From Candidatus Eiseniibacteriota bacterium (GTDB taxonomy: Bacteria; Eisenbacteria; RBG-16-71-46), in the NCBI GenBank assembly GCA_963717935.1, contig CAVQXP010000004.1, positions 768,001 to 832,000 on the forward strand: a stretch of DNA of 64,000 nucleotides, in the 5' to 3' direction. Shown here piece by piece: positions 44,243 through 55,647 of the stretch (positions are counted from its first letter, which is position 1; each line of letters starts with the position of its first letter). The notes under the pieces are model-generated. The model made no database searches, was not told the origin of the DNA, and saw only the letters and a program-made list of their open reading frames with translations. The translations under genes and the position numbers were made by a program.

Positions 44243-44527
44243 ATGGCGGCGGCCCAGTTCGATCTCTCGATCCTGACCCCCGAGCGCGCGGTATTCGAGG
44301 GCCGGGTGGAGTACGTGCAGGTGCCCGGCAGCGAGGGCTACCTGGGCGTGCTCGCCGGCCACGCGGCGCTGGTGACCGAGCTGGCCTCGGGGACGCTCAC
44401 CGTGCGCGAGCCGGGCGGAGACGAGCGGCAGTGGCAGGTGAGCGGCGGCTTCTTCGAGGTCGCCGACGACCGTGCCACGGTGCTCGCCGACGAGGTGAGT
44501 GGGGACGAGGTGGAGGAGCAGGGCTGA
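44243..44527 (+). CDS. atpC: F1 subunit epsilon (short, N-terminal domain only)
   Basis: TPE, PGSEGYLGVLAGHA, VSGGFFEV; stops at 94 aa. Confidence 0.9.
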   Translation: MAAAQFDLSILTPERAVFEGRVEYVQVPGSEGYLGVLAGHAALVTELASGTLTVREPGGDERQWQVSGGFFEVADDRATVLADEVSGDEVEEQG

Positions 44528-44591
44528 GGCGGGTGCGCTCCCGGGACGGGTCGAGCGTCCGACGGGAGACGGTCGGGCGCTCGAGGGGGGG

Positions 44592-44792
44592 ATGCCGGTG
44601 ACGTCGGAATTCCCGGAGGATCTGCTGATCGCCCTGGCCCGCCAGCGGGGCCTCTCGCTCGACGCCGGGCGCGCGGCGGCGTTGCGGCCGCTGGCCGAGA
44701 GCCTGCTCGGCCGTCTCGCTCGCTTCGCCACGACGCTGACGCGCGATGCTGCGCCGCCACCGCCGGGGACCCTCGAGGGCCGCGAACCGTGA
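44592..44792 (+). CDS. Small amidase-associated protein (AtzG/GatC-like position)
   Basis: 66 aa; GTGA overlap with the amidase; GAGGGGG RBS. Confidence 0.5.
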   Translation: MPVTSEFPEDLLIALARQRGLSLDAGRAAALRPLAESLLGRLARFATTLTRDAAPPPPGTLEGREP

Positions 44793-46183
44793 GCGACGAA
44801 GCCCTCTGCTTCCTGAGCGCCTCCGAGCTGGGCCGCCGCATCGCGCGGCGCGAGGTCTCGCCCGTCGAGGTCACGCGCGCCCACCTGGCGCGCATCGGGC
44901 GCCTGGACGCCACGCTCGGCGCGTTCCTGACGGTCACGGCCGAACGGGCGCTGGAGGCGGCGGCGGCGGCCGAGCGCGAGATCGCCGCGGGGCAGGGCCG
45001 CGGGCCGCTGCACGGCGTGCCCCTGGCGCTCAAGGACCTCTTCGACACCGCCGGCGTGCGGACGACCGCGGGCTCGAGGATCCTGGCGGAGAACGTGCCC
45101 GCACGCGACGCCGCCGCGGTCGAGCGCCTGCGCGCGGCCGGGCTCGTGCTGCTCGGGAAGACGAACCTGCACGAGTTCGCCTATGGCACGACGAGCGACA
45201 ACCCTCACTACGGCCCCTGCCGCAATCCCTGGGACCGGGAGCGCAGCCCGGGGGGCTCGAGCGGCGGCAGCGGCGCGGCACTCGCGGCCGGCCTGTGCGC
45301 CGCCTCGCTCGGCACGGACACCGGCGGCTCGATCCGCATCCCGGCGGGCGCCTGCGGCGTGGCCGGGCTCAAGCCCACCCTGGGCCGCCTGAGCCGCCGC
45401 GGGGTGACGCCGCTGGCGTGGTCGTTCGACACCGTGGGGCCGATGGCGCGCGCGGTCGGGGACGTGGCGCTGCTGATGAACGCGATCGCCGGGCCGGACG
45501 CGGAGGACGAGTGGTGCGTCGCGCGGCCGGCGGAGGACTTCGCGCGCGGTCTCGAAACCGGAGTGCGCGGGCTCGCGCTCGGCGTGCCGGGCGAGTGGTT
45601 CTTCGATGGCGTCGAACCCGACATCGAGGCGGCGGTGCGCGCGGCCATCACCGTGCTGGAGCGCGAAGGCGCCCGCCGCGTGGAGGTCTCGCTCCCGGGG
45701 ATGGCCGACGCGCACACGGCGCACCACGCCATCCTGGCGGCCGAGGCGGCCGCGTTCCACGGCCCCTGGCTGCGCGAGCGGCCGGACGACTACGGCAGCG
45801 ACGTGCGGCGCGGGCTCGAGCTGGGGCAGCTCATCCCGGCGGTGGACTACGTCAACGCGCGGCGGGTACAGTCGGCCGTGCGGGCGACGTTCCACGCCGC
45901 GTTCTCGGAAGCCGACGTGCTGGTCACGCCCTGCCTGCCGCAGCCGCCGCCGGGCGTGGGCGAGCCCATGTCGCGCGAGCCAGCGGTGGCGTGGAACCGC
46001 CTGCTGACGCCGGTGAACGTCACGGGCTTCCCCGCGCTCTCGGTGCCGTGCGGCTTCGACGGCCTGGGGATGCCCGTGGGCCTGCAGCTCATCGGGCGCC
46101 CGTTCGACGAGGCGCTGCTGCTGCGCGCGGCGCGCGCCTACGAGCGGGCGACGGAGTGGAGCACGATGCGGCCGCCGGTCTGA
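44789..46183 (+). CDS. Amidase signature family enzyme (GatA/AtzE-like)
   Basis: LKDL, GKTNLHEFA, GGSSGGS, GTDTGGSIR. Confidence 0.92.
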   Translation: MSDEALCFLSASELGRRIARREVSPVEVTRAHLARIGRLDATLGAFLTVTAERALEAAAAAEREIAAGQGRGPLHGVPLALKDLFDTAGVRTTAGSRILAENVPARDAAAVERLRAAGLVLLGKTNLHEFAYGTTSDNPHYGPCRNPWDRERSPGGSSGGSGAALAAGLCAASLGTDTGGSIRIPAGACGVAGLKPTLGRLSRRGVTPLAWSFDTVGPMARAVGDVALLMNAIAGPDAEDEWCVARPAEDFARGLETGVRGLALGVPGEWFFDGVEPDIEAAVRAAITVLEREGARRVEVSLPGMADAHTAHHAILAAEAAAFHGPWLRERPDDYGSDVRRGLELGQLIPAVDYVNARRVQSAVRATFHAAFSEADVLVTPCLPQPPPGVGEPMSREPAVAWNRLLTPVNVTGFPALSVPCGFDGLGMPVGLQLIGRPFDEALLLRAARAYERATEWSTMRPPV

Positions 46184-46260
46184 GAGAGGCCGTGGGCGTC
46201 GTCCCGGCCGGGTCGAGAGCGCGGCGCGGGCGCCGCTGGCGACTTCCAGAGGAGAGTGGC

Positions 46261-46605
46261 ATGGTGGACCACGAATGGGTCCGGGAGTTCCCCGGCGCTG
46301 TCACGGTGTGCGATTCGAAGGGCATCATCCTGGAGATGAACGAGCGCTCGGTGAAGAGCTTCGCCGACGAGGGCGGCGCGGCGCTGATCGGCACGAACGT
46401 GCTCGACTGCCACCCCGAGCCGGCGCGCAGGAGGCTGGACGGGCTGCTCGCCTCGGGGAAGGCGAACGCCTACACCATCCAGAAGAACGGCGTGAAGAAG
46501 CTCATCTACCAGGCGCCCTGGTACCACGGTGGCAAGTACGCCGGGTTCGTGGAGTTGTCGCTGGAGATCCCGTCCGAGATGCCGCACTTCGTGCGCGGGA
46601 CGTGA
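46261..46605 (+). CDS. Stand-alone PAS-like domain protein
   Basis: VTVCDSKGIILEMN, LIGTNVLDCHP, YQAPWY. Confidence 0.75.
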   Translation: MVDHEWVREFPGAVTVCDSKGIILEMNERSVKSFADEGGAALIGTNVLDCHPEPARRRLDGLLASGKANAYTIQKNGVKKLIYQAPWYHGGKYAGFVELSLEIPSEMPHFVRGT

Positions 46606-46679
46606 GGGGGGCGTCGATCCGGCGTCCCGTCGTGGCTGCAGAGACACGGGCTGGAATGGCCATTCCGCAGGAGGGGCCC

Positions 46680-46859
46680 ATGGGTGAGAGGTCCAGACAC
46701 GAATCCCGTTCGGTGGACGCGGGCGCGCTCGCCGGCCCGCTCTGGTTCGCGGGCTGGCTGTTCACGCTCGGCTTTCTGAAGCTGACGCTGCTGAAGGCGC
46801 TGTTCGCCCTGGCGGTCTGGCCCTACTACCTGGGTGCGGCGCTGAGGCTGCCGAAGTAG
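46680..46859 (+). CDS. Small membrane protein
   Basis: GGAGG RBS; WFAGWLFTLGFL...WPYYLG. Confidence 0.6.
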   Translation: MGERSRHESRSVDAGALAGPLWFAGWLFTLGFLKLTLLKALFALAVWPYYLGAALRLPK

Positions 46860-46926
46860 CGCCCGCAAGATCGCGACCGCCCGGCAGGTCACCCCGCCGG
46901 GCGGTCCGCCTCGCGCGTGTGGACGC

Positions 46927-48153
46927 TCAGCCCTTCGCGGCCCCCGCGGTCACCCTCCCGGGGTACGCGGCCAGCGCGGCGCCCAGGCACTTCATCGCGC
47001 GCCTGAGCTTCGCCTCCTCCAGCACGTAGGCGATGCGCACCTCGTCCCTGCCCAGGCCGGGCGTGGCGTAGAAGCCGTCGGCGGGCGCGACCATCACGGT
47101 CTCGCCGTCCAGCGCGAAGTCCGCGAGCAGCCACTCGGCGAACGCGTTGGCATCGTCCACGGGCAGCCGCGCGCAGATGTAGAACGCGCCCTCGGGCTTG
47201 CGCACCAGCACGCCGGGGATGGCGGCGAGCGATTCGAACACCACGTCGCGGCGCTTCTGGTACTCGGCGACCACGCCCGCGATGTAGGACGCGGGCACCT
47301 CGGTGAGCGCGGTACAGGCGTACTGCTCGACCGTGGGCGGGCACAGGCGCGCCTGGCCGAAGCGCATGATCGCCGCCATGAACTCCCGGTTCCGGCTGAC
47401 GATGTTCCCGATGCGCGCGCCGCACAGCGAGTAGCGCTTGGAGACCGAGTCCACCACCACGACCTGCTGCTCCATCCCCGCGAGGGTGAGCACCGAGCGG
47501 TGCCTGCGGCCCTCGTAGACGAACTCGCGGTAGACCTCGTCGGCGATGAGCATCAACCCGCGCTCGCGGCAGATCGCGGCGAGCAGGTCGATCTCGGCAT
47601 CGCTGTAGACGGTGCCGGTCGGGTTGTTGGGCGAGCAGATGAGCACGGCGCGCGTGCGGGGCCCGATCTTCGCCTCGATGGTGGCGCGTGGGGGCAGGTG
47701 GTAGCCGTCCTCGGCGCGGGTCGTCACGGGCACGGGCTCCACGCCCAGCATGGCGGCGAAGCCGTTGTAGTTGGTGTAGAAGGGCTCGAAGACGATCACC
47801 TGTTCGCCCGCGTCGCAGAGCGCGCCGAGGGTGAAGAGGATCGCTTCGCTGCCGGCGGTGGTGACGAAGATCTCCTCGGCGGAGAGCCTCACGCCCAGCC
47901 CGCCGTAGTAGGAGCGCAGCGCCTCGACGAACTCCGGCAGCCCCTGCGAGGGGCCGTAGGGGACATAGGTGTCGCCGTAGGAGCGCAGGCGGTCGAGGAT
48001 GGCCTTGGGCGTGGGGATGTCGGGCTGCCCGATGTTGAGCGGATGGACCGTCTTGCCCGCCTTGCGGGCCGCGATGGCGAAGGGCGCGAGCCGGCGGATG
48101 GGCGATGCCGGCATCTGCTGCGCGCGCCTGGACAACGGTGATGTGCTGGACAT
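46927..48153 (-). CDS. Class I/II PLP aminotransferase (aspartate aminotransferase-like)
   Basis: LNIGQPD, PNNPTG, ADEVY, SVSKRYSLCGARIG. Confidence 0.93.
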   Translation of the reverse strand: MSSTSPLSRRAQQMPASPIRRLAPFAIAARKAGKTVHPLNIGQPDIPTPKAILDRLRSYGDTYVPYGPSQGLPEFVEALRSYYGGLGVRLSAEEIFVTTAGSEAILFTLGALCDAGEQVIVFEPFYTNYNGFAAMLGVEPVPVTTRAEDGYHLPPRATIEAKIGPRTRAVLICSPNNPTGTVYSDAEIDLLAAICRERGLMLIADEVYREFVYEGRRHRSVLTLAGMEQQVVVVDSVSKRYSLCGARIGNIVSRNREFMAAIMRFGQARLCPPTVEQYACTALTEVPASYIAGVVAEYQKRRDVVFESLAAIPGVLVRKPEGAFYICARLPVDDANAFAEWLLADFALDGETVMVAPADGFYATPGLGRDEVRIAYVLEEAKLRRAMKCLGAALAAYPGRVTAGAAKG

Positions 48154-48352
48154 CGAGACCTCCTGGGGACCGGCCCGCGACGCGCGTCCCCGCCGGAGCG
48201 GGCGCGGCACCCGGACGAAGCGGACCGAAGCGCCGGGAGTCTAGCGCACAGAAGGCTCGCACTGCGAGTCGCGCAGCGGTACTCTCCGGCCTGGTTCGTG
48301 GCGCACGGTCGCCGGTCATGGCACATCGGAACAGGCAGCCCGGAGGGTGGAG

Positions 48353-50509
<2,157 letters not shown>

Positions 50510-50527
50510 GCGGGCCGGCGGGGCCGC

Positions 50528-52057
50528 TCAGCCCCGCCGGGGCCCGTCCCCGTTGAGTCCGTAGAGTGGCTGGTACTTGCGCCACAGGTACTCGAGGTAG
50601 GGCTCGATGCTCATCGTCCGGCCCGTGGCGCGTTCGACCAGCTCGTCGGCGGTGAACTTGGCGCCGTGCTGGTAGACGTTCTCCCGGAGCCAGGCGTGGA
50701 GCGTGCCGAACTCACCACGCGCGATCTCGCCGGGGATCGCGGGGTGCGCGCGGATCGCGGCCTCGAAGAACTGAGCGCTCAGGATGTTCCCGATGGTGTA
50801 GCCCTGGAACTGTCCGCCGATCAGGTCCGCGTACCAGTGCACGTCCTGCAGCGCGCCGTCCCGGTCGTCGGCCGGCTCGATGCCGAGGTCCGCCTTCATG
50901 CGCGCGCGCCAGGTGTCCGGGAGGTCCTTCACGGCCAGCCGGCCCTCGAGCAGGTCCAGTTCGAGGTCGAAGCGCAGCATGACGTGCAGGTTGTACGTGA
51001 CCTCGTCGGCATCGGTACGGATGAGTGAGCACGAGACCTTGTTGATGGCGCGGTAGAAGGCATCGAGCGGAGCCGATTCGAGCTGTGCCGGGAAGGCGGC
51101 CTGCAGCCGCGGGTAGAAGTGCTCCCAGAAGCCGCGGCTGCGCCCGACCAGGTTCTCCCACAGGCGCGACTGGCTCTCGTGCACGCCGGCGGAGGCGCCT
51201 TCGGCCAGCGGCAGGCCTTCGTACTCGCGGCGGATGCCCTGCTCGTAGAGCGCGTGCCCGCACTCGTGCAGTGTGCTGAAGAGCGCGTCAGTGAGGTCGT
51301 CCTCGCGCACCCGCGTGGTGATGCGCACGTCGCCGAGCGAGAGCTTGGTCATGAACGGGTGGTGGGTCTTGTCCTGGCGGCCGCGTTCGAAGTCGTAGCC
51401 GTAGCGCTGGATCACCGAGGCGCCGAATGCCAGCTGATTGGCCTCGGGCGCGTGCTGATGGAGGCACGAGTCGTCGGCGGGCGGCCGCGCGGTGATGGCG
51501 CGTACCAGCGGCACCAGACGCGCACGCAGCTCGGTGAACAGGGCGCGCACGGACGCCGCCTTCATGCCGTGGTCCGAGTGGTCGATGAGCGGATCGGCGA
51601 TGGATTCGTAGCCGGGGAAGAAATCGGCCAGCCGGCGCGAGAGGTCGAGGGTCTTCTCGAGCAGGGGGCGCATGCGGGCGAAGTCGTTCGCCGGGCGGGC
51701 CTCGGTCCACGCCTGGTAGGAGTGCGTGTCGTGCTCGCTCAGCTCCGAGACGAAGGCGGCCGGCACCTTGGTCGCGCGGTCGTACTCGCGGCGCGTCACG
51801 CGCACCAGGGAGGCCTCGTCCGAATCGTGGGGCAGGTCCCGGGTCTCGCGCTCGAGCTCGTCGAGCAGCCGCCCGAGCGCGGCGTCGGTGAACTTCTCGT
51901 GGGCGAGGCGGCCCAGCGTGGCCGTCTGCCGCCCGCGCGCCCTGGCCCCGCCGGGTGGCATGTAGGTCGCCTGGTCCCAGCGCAGCACCGCGGCCGCCGA
52001 GCCAAGGTCGTTCACTTCGAGCAACCGGGCCTTCAGTTCGTCGAGTCGTGCGCTCAT
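50528..52057 (-). CDS. M32 carboxypeptidase
   Basis: HPF, DVRITTR, HECGH, HESQS, IRTDADE, QDVHW. Confidence 0.94.
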   Translation of the reverse strand: MSARLDELKARLLEVNDLGSAAAVLRWDQATYMPPGGARARGRQTATLGRLAHEKFTDAALGRLLDELERETRDLPHDSDEASLVRVTRREYDRATKVPAAFVSELSEHDTHSYQAWTEARPANDFARMRPLLEKTLDLSRRLADFFPGYESIADPLIDHSDHGMKAASVRALFTELRARLVPLVRAITARPPADDSCLHQHAPEANQLAFGASVIQRYGYDFERGRQDKTHHPFMTKLSLGDVRITTRVREDDLTDALFSTLHECGHALYEQGIRREYEGLPLAEGASAGVHESQSRLWENLVGRSRGFWEHFYPRLQAAFPAQLESAPLDAFYRAINKVSCSLIRTDADEVTYNLHVMLRFDLELDLLEGRLAVKDLPDTWRARMKADLGIEPADDRDGALQDVHWYADLIGGQFQGYTIGNILSAQFFEAAIRAHPAIPGEIARGEFGTLHAWLRENVYQHGAKFTADELVERATGRTMSIEPYLEYLWRKYQPLYGLNGDGPRRG

Positions 52058-52174
52058 CGAAGCACTCCGAGGGGGACGGTGTGCGGGCGCTGCCGGGCAG
52101 GGGCGCGTCGTGCCCCTCTGGCTACATGAAGCGCTAGATTACCCGGCTTTCGCGCGAGCGCAAGCGACGGGCCG

Positions 52175-52843
52175 TCACTTCCTCCGGCCGACCGGCATGA
52201 GCGCGAGCGCCTCCCAGCCGGGAGGCAGGCCGAGTGCGCGGCGCACGGCCGTCTGTTCGAAGCCGCCGACCATCACCGTGCCCAGGCCCAGCACGGTGGC
52301 CTCGAGGTACACGTCCTGCACGACGAAGCCCGCCTCCATGCCGAGCCAGCGGGCCGCGCTGGAGCGGAATCTCTCCGCGGCGAGCGCGCTGTCGCCGGCC
52401 ACGGCGACGACCGCGGCGGCGTGCTCGATGCTCGCCTGCCCGCGCGCGGCCGCGGCCAGCGGGCCGCGTGGGTCACCGGCGGTGACCAGCGCGAGCGCGT
52501 GCTCCGTCGGTTCGTAGCGGTAGATGCCGGCCGACAGCCCGGTGACGTCGTTGGCCACCAGCCAGACCTGGAGCGGGTAGACCGCGCGCGCCGAGGGCGT
52601 GGCGCGCTTGCCGTCGGGACCGGTGATGCCCTGCGCCACCCACAGGAGCTGGGAGACCTCGGCGAGCGTGAGCGCGCCGGGCGCGTACTCGCGCACCGAG
52701 CGGCGCTGGGCGATGGCCTGTTCGAGCGTGACCTTGCCGGTCGTGTCGGGCTTCGGCAGTGCCACGGTCCGCGGCTCCGCGGCGAAGGAGACCGCCCCGG
52801 CGAGCAGGGCGGTGACGAGCAGGGAGACGATGTGGCGCTTCAT
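52175..52843 (-). CDS. SagB/ThcOx-type nitroreductase family protein with signal peptide
   Basis: RRSVREY, LLWVAQG, PSARAVYP, EAG..QDVYL. Confidence 0.85.
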   Translation of the reverse strand: MKRHIVSLLVTALLAGAVSFAAEPRTVALPKPDTTGKVTLEQAIAQRRSVREYAPGALTLAEVSQLLWVAQGITGPDGKRATPSARAVYPLQVWLVANDVTGLSAGIYRYEPTEHALALVTAGDPRGPLAAAARGQASIEHAAAVVAVAGDSALAAERFRSSAARWLGMEAGFVVQDVYLEATVLGLGTVMVGGFEQTAVRRALGLPPGWEALALMPVGRRK

Positions 52844-52861
52844 GTACGGCCTCCGTTGGGA

Positions 52862-53443
52862 TCAGCGCGGGCGCTGGTAGGTGCCGATGAGTTCGGCCCG
52901 AGCGAGCACGTGGCCCGCGAAAGCCTTCTCGAGCGCGGCCTTCGTGGGGCGATGCAGGTCTGGCAGCACGATATCGAGTGCGTAGAGCTTGTGGAAATAG
53001 CGGTGCCGCCCGGCGGGCGGGCAGGGGCCGCGCCAGCCGGGCCGCTTCCAGTCGTTGAGTCCCTCGCGCGCGCCCGGCGGCAGGTGCGCCGCCGTGAGGC
53101 CCCCGGCCAGCGAGGTGGCGGAGGCGGGGAGGTCATAGAGGACCCAGTGGACCCAGACCACCTTCGGAGCGGCCGGGTCGGGCGCATCGGGATCGTCCAC
53201 GACGAGCACGAAGCTCTTCGTGCCCGCGGGCGCGCCGGTCCACGCGAGCGGCGGGGAGACGTCCTCGCCAGCGCAGGTGTGGCGCTTCGGGATCTCGCCC
53301 AGGTGCCCGAAGGCGGGCGAGGTGAGGCGGAGAGACATGGCGGGCTCCTTCCTCCCGGGTGCGGTCTTCGGAGCGGTGGCCGGCGCGCCACCCGAGCCGG
53401 CCACAACGAGGCCGAGGGCGGCGACGAGCAGGGTCATCCTCAT
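52862..53443 (-). CDS. YbhB/YbcL (PEBP) family protein
   Basis: DDPDAP, WVHW, GPCPP, HRYF; signal peptide. Confidence 0.92.
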   Translation of the reverse strand: MRMTLLVAALGLVVAGSGGAPATAPKTAPGRKEPAMSLRLTSPAFGHLGEIPKRHTCAGEDVSPPLAWTGAPAGTKSFVLVVDDPDAPDPAAPKVVWVHWVLYDLPASATSLAGGLTAAHLPPGAREGLNDWKRPGWRGPCPPAGRHRYFHKLYALDIVLPDLHRPTKAALEKAFAGHVLARAELIGTYQRPR

Positions 53444-54510
53444 CGTGGGGTCTCCTTCGGGACCGGGGTCTTCCAGCGGCCGGGCACGGCCCCGCCGCAA
53501 TCGGGACAGCGGCCGTCCACGAGCCGGTCCTCCAGCACCTCGTGCCACGAGCGCCGGAGGAGCAGCCGCCCGCAGGCCGGGCAGGACGTATGGGCGCCCT
53601 CGCCGAGCACGTTGCCCTCGTAGACGTAGCGCAGCCCGGTCTCGCGCGCGATGCGGCGCGCGGCGCGCAACGAGGCCGGCGGCGTGGGCGGCAGATCGCG
53701 CAGCCGGAAGTCAGGGTGGAAGGCGGTGAAGTGTACGGGCACGTCGGGTCCGAGGTGCTCGAGCACCCAGTCGGCCAGCCGCCGCACGTCGCCCGGGCGG
53801 TCGTTCAGCGTCGGGATGACGAGGTTCGTGATCTCCACCCACGCACCGGTCTCGTCCCGGAGCCGGCGCAGCGTGTCCAGCACGGGCGCGAGCCGGGCCA
53901 GCGTGTGGCGGCGGTAGAACTCGTCGCTCAGCGCCTTGAGGTCCACGTTGACGGCCGCGACGTGATCGTAGATGTCGTGGAACGCCTCGGGCGTGACGTA
54001 GCCGTTCGTGATCATCACGGTCGCGATGCCGTGCTCCCGCGCGGCCGCGCAGACATCGAGCACGTACTCGGCCCAGATCGTGGGCTCGTTGTAGGTGAAG
54101 GCGATCGAGGGGCAGTCCCGTTCGCGGGCGAGCGCGACCACGTCCGCGGGTGTGAGCCGCCGCGGAGTGGCCGGTTCGTGGCGCGCGTGGGAGAGGTCCC
54201 AGTTCTGGCAGAAGCAGCAAGCCAGGTCGCAACCCGTGGTCCCCAGCGAGAGCACGCTCGTGCCAGGCAGGAAATGGAAGAGCGGCTTCTTCTCGATGGG
54301 GTCCACCTGCACGGCGGCGGGCGCGCCGTATCCCAGGCTGACGAGCCGCCCGCCCTGGTTCACGCGCAGGGAGCAGAAGCCGGCCTGTCCGTCGCGCAGG
54401 CGGCAGTGGCGCGGGCAGAGAAGGCAGTGGACGCGCCCGTCCGGCGCGGTCTCCCACCAGCGCGCCGCGTGCGGGACGGCGATTCCAGGGTCGGGATCCG
54501 GGTTCGACAA
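53440..54510 (-). CDS. amrS: AmmeMemoRadiSam-type radical SAM enzyme
   Basis: CLLCPRHC, DPIEKKPLFHF, CDLACCFCQNW, TYNEP, FHPDF, C-terminal CPAC/CPDC. Confidence 0.9.
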   Translation of the reverse strand: MSNPDPDPGIAVPHAARWWETAPDGRVHCLLCPRHCRLRDGQAGFCSLRVNQGGRLVSLGYGAPAAVQVDPIEKKPLFHFLPGTSVLSLGTTGCDLACCFCQNWDLSHARHEPATPRRLTPADVVALARERDCPSIAFTYNEPTIWAEYVLDVCAAAREHGIATVMITNGYVTPEAFHDIYDHVAAVNVDLKALSDEFYRRHTLARLAPVLDTLRRLRDETGAWVEITNLVIPTLNDRPGDVRRLADWVLEHLGPDVPVHFTAFHPDFRLRDLPPTPPASLRAARRIARETGLRYVYEGNVLGEGAHTSCPACGRLLLRRSWHEVLEDRLVDGRCPDCGGAVPGRWKTPVPKETPR

Positions 54511-54625
54511 CGGCGACCTCCGGGCCGGATTGTACGCCGCCGTCTCCGCAAAGCGCAGCGCCCGGTGCGCGAGCCGCGCCAGGCCCGCCGGTCCGGCCCG
54601 CAGGCCCGGCGGCGCGAACGGCCTG

Positions 54626-54668
54626 GAACGACGCGGGCGGCCGCCTTGAGCGGCCGCCCGCGCCGTTC
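54626..54668 (-). terminator. GC-rich hairpin after the cyclophilin gene
   Basis: GAACGACGCGGGCGGCCGC-cttga-GCGGCCGCCCGCGCCGTTC. Confidence 0.6.
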
Positions 54669-54685
54669 ATCGACCCGGATGCGGG

Positions 54686-55393
54686 TTACTTCACCTCGAC
54701 GGTGACCTTGGTCATGCTCAGCGGCTCGGACGTACGACCGCTCTGCGAGCCCGCCGCCTCGAGCTTCTTCACCACGTCCAGCCCCTCGACCACCTCGCCG
54801 AAGATGGTGTGCTTGCCGTCGAGCCAGGGCGTGGGGACGAAGGTGAGGAAGAACTGGCTGCCGTCGGTCCCGGGACCCGCGTTGGCCATCGAGAGCAGGC
54901 CGCCCTTGTTGTGCTTCACGCTCGGGCTGAATTCGCCGTTGAAGCCATAGCCCGGGTTGCCCGTGCCGGTGCCGAGCGGGCAGCCGCCCTGGGCCATGAA
55001 GTTGGTGATGACGCGGTGGAACGGGATGCCGTCGTAGAAGCCCAGCTTCGTCAGGTAGAGGAAGTTCGTCACGTGCATGGGCGCGACGCCGGGCAGGAAC
55101 TTGATGAGGATGTCGCCCTTGTTCGTGACCATGCGCGCGAAGTAGGTGTGTGCCTTGTCGAAGGACGCGACCGGGGGCTTGGGCAGCGAGGTCTTCCAGC
55201 CCGGCTTGGTCTTGTCGATCTTCGCGGTGGCGATGAACTGGTCGAGCTGCTGCATCGCGGAGTCCTTGATCTGGGCCGGAGCGGCCACGGTCTTGGCGGG
55301 CGTCTTGGCGACGGTCTTCTTGGGCGTGTCGGCGGCGGTCGCCAGACTCGCGCAAACCGCCAGAATGGTGACGGACAGCAACAGGCGCTTCAT
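54686..55393 (-). CDS. Exported cyclophilin-type peptidyl-prolyl isomerase
   Basis: Signal peptide; FHRVI, QGG, SMANAG, GSQFF, WLDGKHTIFG. Confidence 0.94.
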   Translation of the reverse strand: MKRLLLSVTILAVCASLATAADTPKKTVAKTPAKTVAAPAQIKDSAMQQLDQFIATAKIDKTKPGWKTSLPKPPVASFDKAHTYFARMVTNKGDILIKFLPGVAPMHVTNFLYLTKLGFYDGIPFHRVITNFMAQGGCPLGTGTGNPGYGFNGEFSPSVKHNKGGLLSMANAGPGTDGSQFFLTFVPTPWLDGKHTIFGEVVEGLDVVKKLEAAGSQSGRTSEPLSMTKVTVEVK

Positions 55394-55647
55394 CGTCGGT
55401 TCTCCTCCATGGGTTCCTGTGGACTCGGCTTGCGTCGCGCCGGACCCGCGGCAGGGTGCAGCGGGTGCCCCGGCGGGCGCTGCCCGGGTCCGGTCGCAGG
55501 AGCGCGGGAACCCTACCATCCCCGCGGCTTGGAGGGCGAGTGCCGCGGGGGCCTCGATGTCAGGAGGCCGTGAAGCCTGCCGCGCGGCGACGGCCTCCGG
55601 AACGGAAGCCCCCTCTGGGGGGGGCGAGGCGGAAGCGCGCGGCGGGA

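Noticed and set aside
44789..46183. gatA assignment
   Set aside because: No gatB nearby, and the sequence looks like a generic amidase
52175..54510. RiPP cluster (SagB plus radical SAM)
   Set aside because: No YcaO, precursor peptide or exporter; the radical SAM is AmrS-type
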